Positions 11,059 through 21,073 of a DNA stretch of 64,000 bases are shown here, piece by piece. The DNA lies in assembly GCA_949290565.1 (NCBI GenBank), contig CASESH010000022.1:9-64008 (forward strand). The letters are read 5' to 3'. The position numbers and the translations under genes are program-made. This DNA is from an uncultured Christensenella sp. (GTDB lineage Bacteria; Bacillota; Clostridia; Christensenellales; UBA1242). Position 1 is the first letter of the stretch, and every line of letters starts with the position of its first letter. The notes below the pieces were generated by a model, which was not told the DNA's origin, made no database searches, and saw only the letters and a list, made by a program, of their open reading frames with translations.

Positions 11059-11087
11059 GTATTGTATTTTGCAATACTTCATTTTTT
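11059..11087 (+). terminator. short hairpin plus T-run inside the greA leader (possible attenuator)
   Basis: GTATTG (11059-11064) pairs with CAATAC (11072-11077) and is followed by TTCATTTTTT. It sits between the consensus promoter and the greA RBS. Confidence 0.35.
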
Positions 11088-11111
11088 AAAATATGCTAGG
11101 AGGTTTTTAAA

Positions 11112-11594
11112 ATGGAAAATGAAGTTTTTTTTACTAAGGAAGGTTACAAGGCTTTACAAGAAAAATTAGATTATTTAAAATCTACAAAGAGGGAAGAAAT
11201 CTCAAAAAAGATTGATGAAGCAAGAGGTTTTGGTGATTTAAGTGAGAACGCTGAATATGAAGCAGCAAGGAATGAACAAGAACAAGTTGAAGCCGAGATT
11301 ATGGAGATTGAAAATAAATTAAGATTTGGTAAGATTATCAATAAAAATAAAATAGATACAAGTTGTGTAAATGTTGGCTGTACGGTAAAATTAAAAGACC
11401 TTGATTTTGATGATATTTTTGAATATCAAATTGTTGGAGCAACAGAAAGTGATCCTACTAAGGGAATTATTTCAAATGAATCTCCTGTTGGTAAGTCATT
11501 GTTAGGTAAAAAGGTTGGAGAAAAAGTAAGTATTGTTTTACCACAAAATAATAATGCAACAATTAATTTAAAAGTTTTAGAGATAAGAATTTAG
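11112..11594 (+). CDS. greA: transcription elongation factor GreA
   Basis: N-terminal coiled-coil motif GDLSENAEYEAAR and a C-terminal FKBP-like domain (SPVGKSLLGKKVGE). Length 160 aa. Confidence 0.95.
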   Translation: MENEVFFTKEGYKALQEKLDYLKSTKREEISKKIDEARGFGDLSENAEYEAARNEQEQVEAEIMEIENKLRFGKIINKNKIDTSCVNVGCTVKLKDLDFDDIFEYQIVGATESDPTKGIISNESPVGKSLLGKKVGEKVSIVLPQNNNATINLKVLEIRI

Positions 11595-11607
11595 TATAAA
11601 TGAAAAA

Positions 11608-11641
11608 GAGAACAATCTAACAAATTGCTCTCATTTTTTTT
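11608..11641 (+). terminator. intrinsic terminator after greA
   Basis: GAGAACAAT (11608-11616) pairs with ATTGCTCTC (11624-11632) with one mismatch, followed by a T-run. Confidence 0.7.
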
Positions 11642-11687
11642 CTTGTTTATTAAATGAAGATATGATAAAATCTTTTTAGGTAAAAAG

Positions 11688-12659
11688 ATGTTGGAGTATC
11701 AAAATATTGTTTTAAATAATTTGCAGTTTAAAAAAATTTGTAGCGAAGAACTTAGTTGCAATTCTTTTTTATTTGAGTCGAGTGATGAACTCTTTTTGAA
11801 TACTTTTTCTCAATGTTTTGCAATGTTTTTGCTTTGTAATGGTAAAAATAAACCTTGTACAGTATGTGAAAACTGTAAGAAAGTTGAATTGAATTCTCAT
11901 AGTGATTTAAAAACTTATCCAAAAAATCATAAAAACATTCTAGTAGAAGACATAAAAGATATTATAGATAATATCTATTTGTCTGGAATTGAAAGTGATA
12001 AAAAAATTTTTATTCTAAATAACTTTTCATCTGCCACAGTTCAAGCACAAAATAAATTATTAAAAATTCTTGAAGAACCCCCTGAGAATGCTTTTATTAT
12101 TTTAAATGTAACAAATATAAGCAAAGTTTTACCAACCATTTTATCAAGATGTAAAAAAATAAGATTATTATGTTTGCAAGATGATGAAATAATTAAAGGT
12201 TTAGATTTAGAGGTTAATCGTAGGCAAGAACTCTTAGCGCTAGCAAATAGGAGTTTATCAAAGGCAGTATTATTTTATAAAGATAAAAATTTTTGGGAGT
12301 TGTATGACTTTTGCCTTGATACTCTTAAAGATATGAAAGATAGTAAAGTTTTAATTAAATTTTCTTATAAACTAAGCAATAATAAAGAAGAAATCAATAC
12401 TATTCTTGAAATTTTTGAAAGTTTGTTTAGGGATATGTTGTTTATTAGATTAAAAACTTTTTCTCTTGTTAAAAATAAAACAATTTTAATTGATTTACAA
12501 AGTATATCTCTTGAATTTAATTGTGATGCCATAGACCTAATAATAAAAAAAATATATGAAATTAAAAAGAAATTAGAATTTAATTGTAATTATGTATACT
12601 TAATTGACAGTCTTTTACTTTACGTTTTGGAGGTTAAATTTTTATGCAACAAAAATTAG
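11688..12659 (+). CDS. holB: DNA polymerase III delta-prime subunit
   Basis: Cys module CTVCENCKK, KIFILNNFSSATVQAQNKLLKILEEPPEN and LPTILSRC. It is followed by yaaT as in Bacillus. Confidence 0.75.
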   Translation: MLEYQNIVLNNLQFKKICSEELSCNSFLFESSDELFLNTFSQCFAMFLLCNGKNKPCTVCENCKKVELNSHSDLKTYPKNHKNILVEDIKDIIDNIYLSGIESDKKIFILNNFSSATVQAQNKLLKILEEPPENAFIILNVTNISKVLPTILSRCKKIRLLCLQDDEIIKGLDLEVNRRQELLALANRSLSKAVLFYKDKNFWELYDFCLDTLKDMKDSKVLIKFSYKLSNNKEEINTILEIFESLFRDMLFIRLKTFSLVKNKTILIDLQSISLEFNCDAIDLIIKKIYEIKKKLEFNCNYVYLIDSLLLYVLEVKFLCNKN

Positions 12660-13495
12660 ATGTAAGAATTAAGATTGGAGATAAGGTTCAAACTTATCTT
12701 GCAAGTGAGAATATAAAAAAAGGTGATAATGTCATTATTGAAAATGAAAACGGACTTGTTTTTGCTACTGTTGAAAAGGTAAGTGAAATTAAAGATAGTT
12801 GTAATGACATTCCATTTATTGTTAGAAAGGCGACAAAAGAAGATATAAAAAAGAATGAAGAAAATTTAGATAAGGCAAAAATTGCTATACGTGAAACGGA
12901 AGAATTTGTAAAAAAACTTAAACTAGATATGAATATTATTAATGCAAATTATTCTTTTGATGGGACAAAAGTAGTAATTGAATTTTTGTCAGATGATAGA
13001 GTTGATTTTAGAGATTTAATTAAAGAATTAGTTTTAAAATTAAAAGTTAAAATAGAATTAAGGCAAATTGGTATTAGAGAACATGCAAAAATTGTTGGAG
13101 GTATTGGCGTTTGTGGTAGGGTATGTTGTTGTAAATGCTATCTGAATGAATTTCAAAAAGTTTCTATGAAAATGGCAAAAGTCCAAGGACTTGCTTTAAA
13201 TCCAAATAAAATAAGTGGAACTTGTGGGCGTTTAATGTGTTGTTTGGAGTATGAGAACCCATATTATTGTGAAATTACAGAAAAATTGCCTAAAATGAAC
13301 AGTGAGATTATTACTCCTGATGGAAAGGGTATGGTTACTAATTTAAATATCTTAAAACAAATAGTGTCTGCAAAAATTATGCTTAGTGATGGTTCTCTTA
13401 TTATAAAAGATTATCCTTATGAAGAATTAAAAAAATATAATAATTTTGATTTTTCTAAAAATAATATTGAAAACAAAAAAAATGAACAAGATTAG
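12644..13495 (+). CDS. PSP1-domain protein, YaaT/RicT-like stage 0 sporulation protein
   Basis: Cys-rich PSP1 motifs GVCGRVCCC and GTCGRLMCCLEYE. It overlaps the holB 3' end by 16 nt. Confidence 0.85.
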   Translation: MQQKLDVRIKIGDKVQTYLASENIKKGDNVIIENENGLVFATVEKVSEIKDSCNDIPFIVRKATKEDIKKNEENLDKAKIAIRETEEFVKKLKLDMNIINANYSFDGTKVVIEFLSDDRVDFRDLIKELVLKLKVKIELRQIGIREHAKIVGGIGVCGRVCCCKCYLNEFQKVSMKMAKVQGLALNPNKISGTCGRLMCCLEYENPYYCEITEKLPKMNSEIITPDGKGMVTNLNILKQIVSAKIMLSDGSLIIKDYPYEELKKYNNFDFSKNNIENKKNEQD

Positions 13496-13510
13496 CAAAT
13501 AGGTTTTTAT

Positions 13511-14191
13511 ATGTTTTATTTAAAAGAAAATGAAGTCTTAGAAGATTTACAAATTAATAATTTCTACATTATTCAAAATCATAAAAAATATTGTTTTTCA
13601 GTTGATAGTGTTTTACTATCTAATTTTGTAAAGATAAAAAAAAATGATTTTGTAGTTGAATTATGTTCGGGTAGTGGTATTATTTCTATTTTATTAGTTG
13701 CTAAATATAAGATTAAACAAATAATTGGTTTTGAAATTGAGAAAGACTTATTTGATATGTCTATTAGGTCAAAAGTTTACAATAAAATAAATAATATTCA
13801 ATTTATTAATGACGATTTAATAAATGCAAAACGTTATTTAGGAGCAAATCAAGTTGATGTAATTGTTTGTAATCCTCCATACTATGTTTTACCAAAAGAT
13901 TATTCAAAAATTTCACATAAAAATTTGGTTTCAAAGTATGAGGTTAAAACAAATATTACACAAATTTTAAAAACAAGTAATGAATTATTAAATGAAAAGG
14001 GAAGGCTTTATCTTGTTTATCCGTCTTTAAGATTACAAGAATTACTTACTATTGCAAGTAGTTTTAATTTGATTGCAAAGACATTGCAATTTGTATATCC
14101 TAAAAATAAGATAGAAAGCAGTGTTGTGTTAGTAGAATTAATTAAGAATGCAAATAAAGGAATAAAAGTTTTAAAGCCACTAATTATATAA
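13511..14191 (+). CDS. SAM-dependent methyltransferase, YabB / tRNA(m6A37) TrmN6-like
   Basis: SAM-binding VVELCSGSGI and the N6-adenine MTase motif CNPPYY. It occupies the position after yaaT as in Bacillus. Confidence 0.7.
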   Translation: MFYLKENEVLEDLQINNFYIIQNHKKYCFSVDSVLLSNFVKIKKNDFVVELCSGSGIISILLVAKYKIKQIIGFEIEKDLFDMSIRSKVYNKINNIQFINDDLINAKRYLGANQVDVIVCNPPYYVLPKDYSKISHKNLVSKYEVKTNITQILKTSNELLNEKGRLYLVYPSLRLQELLTIASSFNLIAKTLQFVYPKNKIESSVVLVELIKNANKGIKVLKPLII

Positions 14192-14224
14192 AAAGAAGAT
14201 TATAGATTAACTATAATCTTTTTT
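14191..14224. terminator. bidirectional terminator between convergent genes
   Basis: Perfect 10-bp stem AAGATTATAG (14196-14205) / CTATAATCTT (14211-14220), with an A-run upstream and a T-run downstream. Confidence 0.7.
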
Positions 14225-14729
14225 ACATAAATTTACAAAGAAAACAACTTATAATTGTTCCACATAGAGTTGCAATTAAAGCAACGGGAATTGCATAAAA
14301 TAGACGTTTTATTTTTACCTGAGAGCAGTATAGGGTTGTTACATAAAAAACAGTATCACAACTACCTACTATTACGCTAGCACATCTACCTATGTAACTA
14401 TCAACACCATAGTTAGTATATATATCATTTAGAATTGCAAGTGTTCCATTTCCACTAAAAGGTTTAAGTAAGACAAGTTCGCAAAGTTCTTGGGGAATTC
14501 CAACAACATTAAAAATAGGCGCAAAGAATTGTGCTAATAACGAAGCAAGTCCACTAATTTTAATAAATTGAACCATAATCATAATTGTTACTATGTATGG
14601 AAATATGCTTAGTACTAGACCTGTGCTTTGTTTTGCTCCATTAATGAAACTCGAATAAACATTAACATTTTTCATCTTTGCGTAAACAAATGTAAATAAA
14701 ATTAAAATAGGTAAAAGGTATATACTCAT
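14223..14729 (-). CDS. spmB: spore maturation protein B (nucleoside-recognition/Gate domain membrane protein)
   Basis: Polytopic 168-aa protein paired with and overlapping a SpmA-like gene. The Gate-domain character is judged by eye. Confidence 0.7.
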   Translation of the reverse strand: MSIYLLPILILFTFVYAKMKNVNVYSSFINGAKQSTGLVLSIFPYIVTIMIMVQFIKISGLASLLAQFFAPIFNVVGIPQELCELVLLKPFSGNGTLAILNDIYTNYGVDSYIGRCASVIVGSCDTVFYVTTLYCSQVKIKRLFYAIPVALIATLCGTIISCFLCKFM

Positions 14730-15301
14730 TTATTTCTATTTTTCCTCTTTTTAAAATGTTCAATAATAAGTGCAATTCCAATTCCAATTACAGTAGTTGA
14801 AATTGCTGCTATTATAGTTGGTAATATTATATTACTTGCGCTAGTACTACCGGCTGTTATTCTTAGACCAATTACGGTAGTAGGAAGAATTTGCATAGAG
14901 GTAGAGGCGAAAATAATTAACATTATCATTGCTTTGTTAGCATTACCTGAACCATCATCTAATCTCTGCATTGCTTTCATTCCTAATGGAGTTGCTGCAC
15001 CCCCCATTCCTAGAATGTTGCAAGAAATATTCATACAAATAAGTTCGTTTGTTGCATCATCTAAATTTCCAAAAATCTTTTTTGTAACAGGTGTTAAAAA
15101 TTTAGATAATTTTTTATTTATTCCACTATCTTCCATAACTTGCAATATTCCTAGCCAAACAGAATATATAGCACATAAACTTATACACAATTTTAGTGTA
15201 CTTTCACTTGCTTCTAACATAGAAGGTAAGACTATTTCTGGATTTATATAAAGTAAAATACATATGCTTGTTACCGTTAACCAAAACCAAATTTTATTCA
15301 T
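14726..15301 (-). CDS. spmA: spore maturation protein A
   Basis: N-terminus MNKIWFWL..., polytopic, with G-rich loops (ILGMGGAATPLG). Its 4-nt overlap with spmB gives the typical spmAB arrangement. Confidence 0.7.
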   Translation of the reverse strand: MNKIWFWLTVTSICILLYINPEIVLPSMLEASESTLKLCISLCAIYSVWLGILQVMEDSGINKKLSKFLTPVTKKIFGNLDDATNELICMNISCNILGMGGAATPLGMKAMQRLDDGSGNANKAMIMLIIFASTSMQILPTTVIGLRITAGSTSASNIILPTIIAAISTTVIGIGIALIIEHFKKRKNRNK

Positions 15302-15367
15302 AATATAATATTTATGAAGATACTAAAAAAGGTATGCAAGTTACTAAATATATGTTAAAATAGTTTT

Positions 15368-16132
15368 ATGATTATAGATTCCCATTGTCATCTCTACGAT
15401 GAAAAATTAGATAATATTAGAGATAAAATTATAGAAAATTTAGAAAAAACAGGACAAGTATGTATTTGTAGTAGCGACAATATTGAAAGTTCAAAAAAAA
15501 GTATTTTTATCGCTAATAGTTCAAATAATATTTACGCTACAATAGGTACACATCCACATTGTGCCAATCAATTTAAAGATAAAGATTTGCAAATTTATAA
15601 AAATTTAAGCAAGAATAAAAAAGTTGTTGCAATAGGAGAAATTGGATTAGATTATTTTTATGATTACTCTCCAAGAGATATTCAAAAGGAAGTTCTTATA
15701 AAACAAATTAAATTAGCATGTGAATTAAGTTTGCCTTGTGTATTTCATGTAAGAGATGCTATCCAAGATTTCTTGGAAATAGTTAAAAATAACAAACAGT
15801 TTTTAAATAATTCTGCTTTAATTCATAGTTTTAGTGGAAGTATTGAAGTTGCAAAAATATTATTAAATCTAGATTTTTATTTTAGTTTTAATGGTATTAT
15901 AACATTTAAAAATGCAAATAAAATTTTAGAAGTTGTTAAATTTATTCCAATTGATAGAATTTTAATTGAAACAGATAGTCCTTATTTAACACCTGTTCCT
16001 TATAGAGGAGATATTAATAGACCAGAATATGTGGAACTTGTTGCTGAGAAAATTGCCGTTTTAAAAAATTTATCAAAAGATGAAGTTATAAATATTACTA
16101 CTAATAATGCAAAAAAATTTTTTAGGTTGTAG
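15368..16132 (+). CDS. tatD: TatD-family metal-dependent DNase/hydrolase
   Basis: IDSHCHL, IGEIGLDY, FHVR and ETDSPYL motifs. Confidence 0.9.
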   Translation: MIIDSHCHLYDEKLDNIRDKIIENLEKTGQVCICSSDNIESSKKSIFIANSSNNIYATIGTHPHCANQFKDKDLQIYKNLSKNKKVVAIGEIGLDYFYDYSPRDIQKEVLIKQIKLACELSLPCVFHVRDAIQDFLEIVKNNKQFLNNSALIHSFSGSIEVAKILLNLDFYFSFNGIITFKNANKILEVVKFIPIDRILIETDSPYLTPVPYRGDINRPEYVELVAEKIAVLKNLSKDEVINITTNNAKKFFRL

Positions 16133-16140
16133 AATAAATT

Positions 16141-16941
16141 ATGGATAAAGAATTTAAATTTAAAAAACAATTTGGTCAAAATTTTATTTTTGATAAGAAT
16201 TTTTTAAACTCTATTGTAAGAGAACTTAACATAGACAAAAATTCAAATATCTTAGAAATCGGGGCAGGAATGGGTACTTTAACAACCTGTCTAGCAGAGA
16301 ATTATAAAAAAATAGTAAGTTTCGAGATTGACAAAACTTTAAAAGAATATTTACTTGATTTACAATCAAAATATTGTAATGTTTCATTTATTTTTCAAGA
16401 TATTTTGTCAGTTGAAACACATAAGATTGAACAATTATTTGGTGGTGAAAACTATAATATTGTTGCAAATTTACCTTATTATATTACTTCTGCAATTATT
16501 TTTAAGTTTTTATTTGAATCAAAAAAACTAGAAAAGATATACGTTATGGTTCAAAAAGAGGTGGCAGAACGTTATTGTGCTAAAAATTCTACAAAAGATT
16601 ATGGAATTCCTTCTGTTCTTTTAGATTCTTTTGGTTATTGTAAAATTATAAAGAATGTTAATAGAAAAATGTTTAAACCAATTCCTAAGGTAGATTCTTG
16701 TATTATAGAAATTAAAATAGATTTAAATAAATATAAAATAGACAATATTAATAAGTATAAAGATTTTGTTTCAAACTGTTTTAAAATGAAAAGAAAGACA
16801 CTTTACAATAATTTAATTAGTTATGGTCTAGAAAAAAATAAAATAAAAGAGGCTTTTGTTATGTTAAATGTAAAGGAAGATTGTAGGGCTGAAAGTATAT
16901 CAACTGAAAATTTTGTAAAGTTATTTAATTTGTTTTTTTAA
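16141..16941 (+). CDS. rsmA: 16S rRNA (adenine1518/1519-N6) dimethyltransferase
   Basis: FGQNFI, EIGAGMGTLT and ANLPYYITS motifs. Confidence 0.95.
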   Translation: MDKEFKFKKQFGQNFIFDKNFLNSIVRELNIDKNSNILEIGAGMGTLTTCLAENYKKIVSFEIDKTLKEYLLDLQSKYCNVSFIFQDILSVETHKIEQLFGGENYNIVANLPYYITSAIIFKFLFESKKLEKIYVMVQKEVAERYCAKNSTKDYGIPSVLLDSFGYCKIIKNVNRKMFKPIPKVDSCIIEIKIDLNKYKIDNINKYKDFVSNCFKMKRKTLYNNLISYGLEKNKIKEAFVMLNVKEDCRAESISTENFVKLFNLFF

Positions 16942-17030
16942 GTTTAAAAAGTTTTAAAGAAAAAGAGTTTTAAACTAATTAATTTTAGTAAAAGAATTTT
17001 CTAGTTTTAGGTCAAAAATATTAAAAGAAT

Positions 17031-17068
17031 CATATATATTACTAAAATATATATGTTTCTTTTTTTTG
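17031..17068 (+). terminator. AT-rich intrinsic terminator downstream of rsmA
   Basis: CATATATATT (17031-17040) pairs with AATATATATG (17046-17055), followed by TTTCTTTTTTTT. Confidence 0.45.
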
Positions 17069-17127
17069 TATAAAAAAACGACATTTTAAATTTGATAAAA
17101 TATTAAACATTAAAGGGGATAATAAAA

Positions 17128-18075
17128 TTGCAAAATTTAGCAAAAACTATTATTTTAAATAATAATTCCGATAAAAATTTTAAAGCCATTTTAAATTTAA
17201 GACAAAATGATTTTAGTAAAATTAAATTCTTCAATTTAAACAATGTAAGTAAAAATTATGCTTTGGGGATAAAACAAAATTCAAATGTAATAAAAATTCC
17301 ACTTAATATTAATAATAATGACTGTGTTTTTAAAATAGATAATAAAATTGATTTTAATTGTAATCTAACTTGCGCTATTGTAGATGTGTCTAATCCTTTT
17401 TGTCCTGAAATAATTTTAAGCGGAAGTGAAAATACAAGAATGGAAAATAGTCGTATAGAAGGAGCGTTTGTTGTAAAAAAACCACAGGATACATCTGTTT
17501 TATACGAAAAAGATAGTCAAGAAAGTATTGAAAATCTTATTGATAGAAATTTGCAAGATGATATGAATACTACATATTTTGATAGTTGCGCAAATTGTAA
17601 GTATAGGGAAGCATTTTATAATGAGGGCTGCTCTTGTTCTAATAAAGCAAATGTTGCTTCAACTAAAAGTAAATTTTTAGAAAACGATTTAAAAGAAGAA
17701 AAAGAGGAAGATTATAATGAGCAAAATAATGAAAATAGTTTTTATAATCAAGTAAAGGCACAAGTTGAAGCACTTTTTGCTAAATATGAACAATATAGTT
17801 TATTAGAAAGTATAATTCCAAATTCTAGATGGTCTAAAATTGTTTATGATAAGAATGGGGATTATTATGTTTTAGGCCTTATTTATAATGATATTGGAGA
17901 AGTTTTATATATTTGTTATGGTATGCCAGCATCTAGTCCAGACATTCCACCAGAAGACTTAGAGGAGTATGCAGGATGGTTTCCAAAAGATTCTAATAAT
18001 CCTAACGGTGAAGGTTATTTTATTGTTTGTCAAGATGCAAAAACAGGTAAAACTGTAAAATTAGATTTACTTTAA
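17128..18075 (+). CDS. hypothetical protein (315 aa, TTG start)
   Basis: TTG start with AAAGGGGA RBS. It has a Cys cluster (CANCKY...GCSCS) and a conserved-looking C-terminus (YYVLGLIYNDIGEVLYICYGMPA). I do not recognise the family. Confidence 0.6.
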   Translation: MQNLAKTIILNNNSDKNFKAILNLRQNDFSKIKFFNLNNVSKNYALGIKQNSNVIKIPLNINNNDCVFKIDNKIDFNCNLTCAIVDVSNPFCPEIILSGSENTRMENSRIEGAFVVKKPQDTSVLYEKDSQESIENLIDRNLQDDMNTTYFDSCANCKYREAFYNEGCSCSNKANVASTKSKFLENDLKEEKEEDYNEQNNENSFYNQVKAQVEALFAKYEQYSLLESIIPNSRWSKIVYDKNGDYYVLGLIYNDIGEVLYICYGMPASSPDIPPEDLEEYAGWFPKDSNNPNGEGYFIVCQDAKTGKTVKLDLL

Positions 18076-18140
18076 TTTTATAATAAAATTTGACATTAAT
18101 TAACCATTAAAATGAAATTACTTGTCTAATTATTTGACAA

Positions 18141-19628
18141 ATGGGAAAAATTTTGTTAGACTCAATCTTGTTTAGTGAGGTTAATGGCTTGAAGAAGAAA
18201 ATATTTGTATTAATGTCATTTTTATTTATATTTGCAATTACTTTGTTTGGTTGCGGAGGTATTTTATTGTCGGGTGGACCGGATATAAAAGAAACGGTTT
18301 ATGGAAATGGTGGCTCTGCTGTTGTGAAAGGTGATTATTTGTATTTTGCAAATGCTTTTATTGATTATAATGACCTTGGCATTAATGATAATAAGTATGA
18401 CCAAAAAAGTCCTCAAAAAATATATGGCATTTATAGGACAAAACTTGATAAATATGGCAAAGTTTCTTTAAATGAAGATGGTTCTCCTGCAAATGTTGAT
18501 TTATTATCGTATAAAATAGGTGGATATGCTTATTCTGGTCTTTATATCTTTGGCGATTATTTATATTATACAACTCCATATTCCCAAGATAACAAAGGGG
18601 GAACGACAGTTAAGGGTTTAGTTAGATTAGAAAGAGTAAAACTAAATGGAAGTGGACATGAAGAACTTTTTTCAGTTGAAAATTATTCTTCTTCATCTTC
18701 ATATTCTTTAATAAATATAGGGAGTTCTGTATATTTTACTTATTTAGATTCAAATAAAAATCTTAATGTTTTGAAAGTTACCGGTGGAAATAAAGATAGT
18801 TTTAAAGTTGATTCATCAGTTTCTTCATTTAAAATATATGACCAAAAAGATATAGTCTATGGACAGGAAGTACAAGATATTAACAAATATGTTTATTATG
18901 TTGTTAATGATAGTGAAAATAGTACTTATACTTTTTATAAAAAAGATTTAACAAATTTAAATAGTGAACCTATTGTTGTTTTGAATTCTCGTTCTGATGA
19001 AATTAAGGTCATTGCTGTTAAAAATAATAGGGTCTATTACACAGTTAATAATTTATTATACTCATTTAGCAACTCAAACGATGATATAATAAAATATTCA
19101 CAAATACCTGTTTCAAATTCAACAGATTCAAGTTCTTCATCTTCTAGTTTGTCAAGTTATCAAATTTTAGATATGTCTTATGGAGCAAACTTAGATAGAG
19201 GTATTATCGGCGTTTATTATAATGGTTTAACTTATTCTATTGCAATTTATGATGGAATTACAATAAAAAAATTAGATATTTTAGATGATAATACAAAAAA
19301 GGTTACTATTTTAGGTACTCAAAATAATGAGTTTTACTATCAAATTGAGGAAGATAACGCCTTATATAAATGTGTATTTAATTTAACATATATAAATAAT
19401 AAGTTTGAATTAAATGTAAACGAAAGTGACAAAAAAATTAAAATTGCTGATAACTTTTCTACAACTGTTAATGAAGTCCAAATGCTTGATTTCGATAGCG
19501 AAAGAATTTATGTTTATGAGTCAGTAGATTCTTCTAGTATTAATTATTTAACTATGTATATGACAGCAGATAGTTATATTAATGAAGATGGAAATATATA
19601 TGGCCAATATATAGGTGTGTTGAATTAA
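18141..19628 (+). CDS. putative lipoprotein, beta-propeller-like (DUF5050-like by eye)
   Basis: Signal peptide plus lipobox (FAITLFGC). The body has repeated Y/G-rich motifs (YLYF, IYGIY, YYT). The true start may be the in-frame TTG at 18189, which follows GAGG. Confidence 0.6.
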   Translation: MGKILLDSILFSEVNGLKKKIFVLMSFLFIFAITLFGCGGILLSGGPDIKETVYGNGGSAVVKGDYLYFANAFIDYNDLGINDNKYDQKSPQKIYGIYRTKLDKYGKVSLNEDGSPANVDLLSYKIGGYAYSGLYIFGDYLYYTTPYSQDNKGGTTVKGLVRLERVKLNGSGHEELFSVENYSSSSSYSLINIGSSVYFTYLDSNKNLNVLKVTGGNKDSFKVDSSVSSFKIYDQKDIVYGQEVQDINKYVYYVVNDSENSTYTFYKKDLTNLNSEPIVVLNSRSDEIKVIAVKNNRVYYTVNNLLYSFSNSNDDIIKYSQIPVSNSTDSSSSSSSLSSYQILDMSYGANLDRGIIGVYYNGLTYSIAIYDGITIKKLDILDDNTKKVTILGTQNNEFYYQIEEDNALYKCVFNLTYINNKFELNVNESDKKIKIADNFSTTVNEVQMLDFDSERIYVYESVDSSSINYLTMYMTADSYINEDGNIYGQYIGVLN

Positions 19629-19635
19629 TAAATAT

Positions 19636-19670
19636 CCACTAAATAATTCATATTTATTTAGTGGTTTTTT
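19636..19670 (+). terminator. intrinsic terminator after the lipoprotein gene
   Basis: CCACTAAATA (19636-19645) pairs with TATTTAGTGG (19655-19664), followed by TTTTTT. Confidence 0.75.
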
Positions 19671-19778
19671 ATTTATTACTTTTACTAACAAATAGGTAAA
19701 TATTAGAGTTTAGTTTTATGAACATTTAAAAGTTCTATTTATTTTAATAAAATAAATTATAGATAATGTACAAAAAAG

Positions 19779-19810
19779 TAACAAGAAAATTTAATTCTTG
19801 TTATTTTTTT
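19779..19810. terminator. orphan terminator-like hairpin with no associated ORF
   Basis: Perfect 9-bp stem TAACAAGAA (19779-19787) / TTCTTGTTA (19795-19803), with an A-run upstream and a T7 run downstream. It lies about 110 nt after the previous terminator and 180 nt before spo0A. Confidence 0.5.
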
Positions 19811-19925
19811 ATTTTTAATTTGAAAATTTTACTAGAAAAAGTTAAATAAACTTTATATTTTCGATAAAAACTTTTCTTTTCTTACAACAATTTTTATTAA
19901 TACTTAATTTTTTTTATTTTTTGCT

Positions 19926-19955
19926 GAGGAATTTTATATATATTTGTGATAAAAT
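19926..19955 (+). promoter_or_regulatory. candidate sigma-H-like / extended -10 promoter for spo0A
   Basis: GAGGAATTT (19926-19934) resembles the sigma-H -35 element (RnAGGAwWW). TGATAAAAT (19947-19955) is an imperfect -10. spo0A is sigma-H dependent in Bacilli and Clostridia. The match is imperfect and the DNA is AT-rich. Confidence 0.25.
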
Positions 19956-19988
19956 TTCTATGAGTTGAGGAAAAAAGGAGAAAGATAA

Positions 19989-20750
19989 ATGAAAAAAACA
20001 ACTGTTATTATATTAGATGATAACGAATTAGAAAGATTAAGAATAAAAGAGAGTTTTGAAAAAAGCGAAGAATTTGAAGTAATTGGGGATAGTAATGACG
20101 GATTGACAGGTTATGAAATGATAAATAACCTTAATCCTGAGTTAGTCATTACTGATTTAGTTTTGCAAAGTTATGATGGTTTTGCTTTACTTGAAAAAAT
20201 TGGAGAGTTGCAAATTAAACCAAAAATTTTGATTGTTTCATCTCTAAAAAATGATGAGTTTATTCAAAAAAGCATTGATTTAGGGGCAAACTACTATATG
20301 ATTAAACCTATAATTCCTGAATTATTACTTAAAAGGGCAAAAGAAATAATGCAGGATAAAGAGCAAAATATGAACCTATTACAACAAAAAAGTCCAAGAA
20401 TGAGAGCCTTAGAGGAAAAGATTAGTAATATCTTTATTACAGTTGGTATTCCTGCTCATATTAAAGGATATCAGTTTTTAAGAGAGGCTATTAAAATGGC
20501 GATTGATGAACCAAGTATTATTAATTCAATTACAGGTCAATTGTATCCTTCTATTGCAAGTAGATTTTCTACGAGTGCAAGTAAGGTTGAAAGAGCAATA
20601 AGACATGCCATTGAAGTCGCTTGGAACAGAGGTAAAATTGAAAATATTAATAATGTTTTTGGGCTTAAAGTTTACAATAGTAATGAAAAACCAACTAATG
20701 GAGAATTTATCGCTTTGGTCGCCGACAAAATGCTAGTTGAAGGTGCTTAA
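19989..20750 (+). CDS. spo0A: sporulation master response regulator Spo0A
   Basis: REC domain (ILDDN...ITDLVLQSYDG...MIKP) plus the diagnostic Spo0A C-terminal DNA-binding domain (GIPAHIKGYQFLREAIKMA...SKVERAIRHAIEVAWNRG). Confidence 0.95.
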   Translation: MKKTTVIILDDNELERLRIKESFEKSEEFEVIGDSNDGLTGYEMINNLNPELVITDLVLQSYDGFALLEKIGELQIKPKILIVSSLKNDEFIQKSIDLGANYYMIKPIIPELLLKRAKEIMQDKEQNMNLLQQKSPRMRALEEKISNIFITVGIPAHIKGYQFLREAIKMAIDEPSIINSITGQLYPSIASRFSTSASKVERAIRHAIEVAWNRGKIENINNVFGLKVYNSNEKPTNGEFIALVADKMLVEGA

Positions 20751-21073
20751 TTTTTTCCATTTTAGCAAATTATTATCTATTTTTAAAATTTACTCATTTT
20801 ATTTGTTTTTTTATTTATTATAAGTTATGATTTATTAAACTTTTATTAATTAAAAAACATATAATTAATCACAATATATTATAATCATTAAACTTTTTAG
20901 TATTTTTAAATTTATCACACGCAAAAACAAATTTATTATGCTAAATGTTTAAAGGTTATATTTATATTTTGATTTAATTATAAATATTTGAAAAAAATAA
21001 AAAAATATTATAAAATTACTTGTGTATATTTAAAAAATATGATAATAATTTGCTGTATATAAATGGAGTTATT

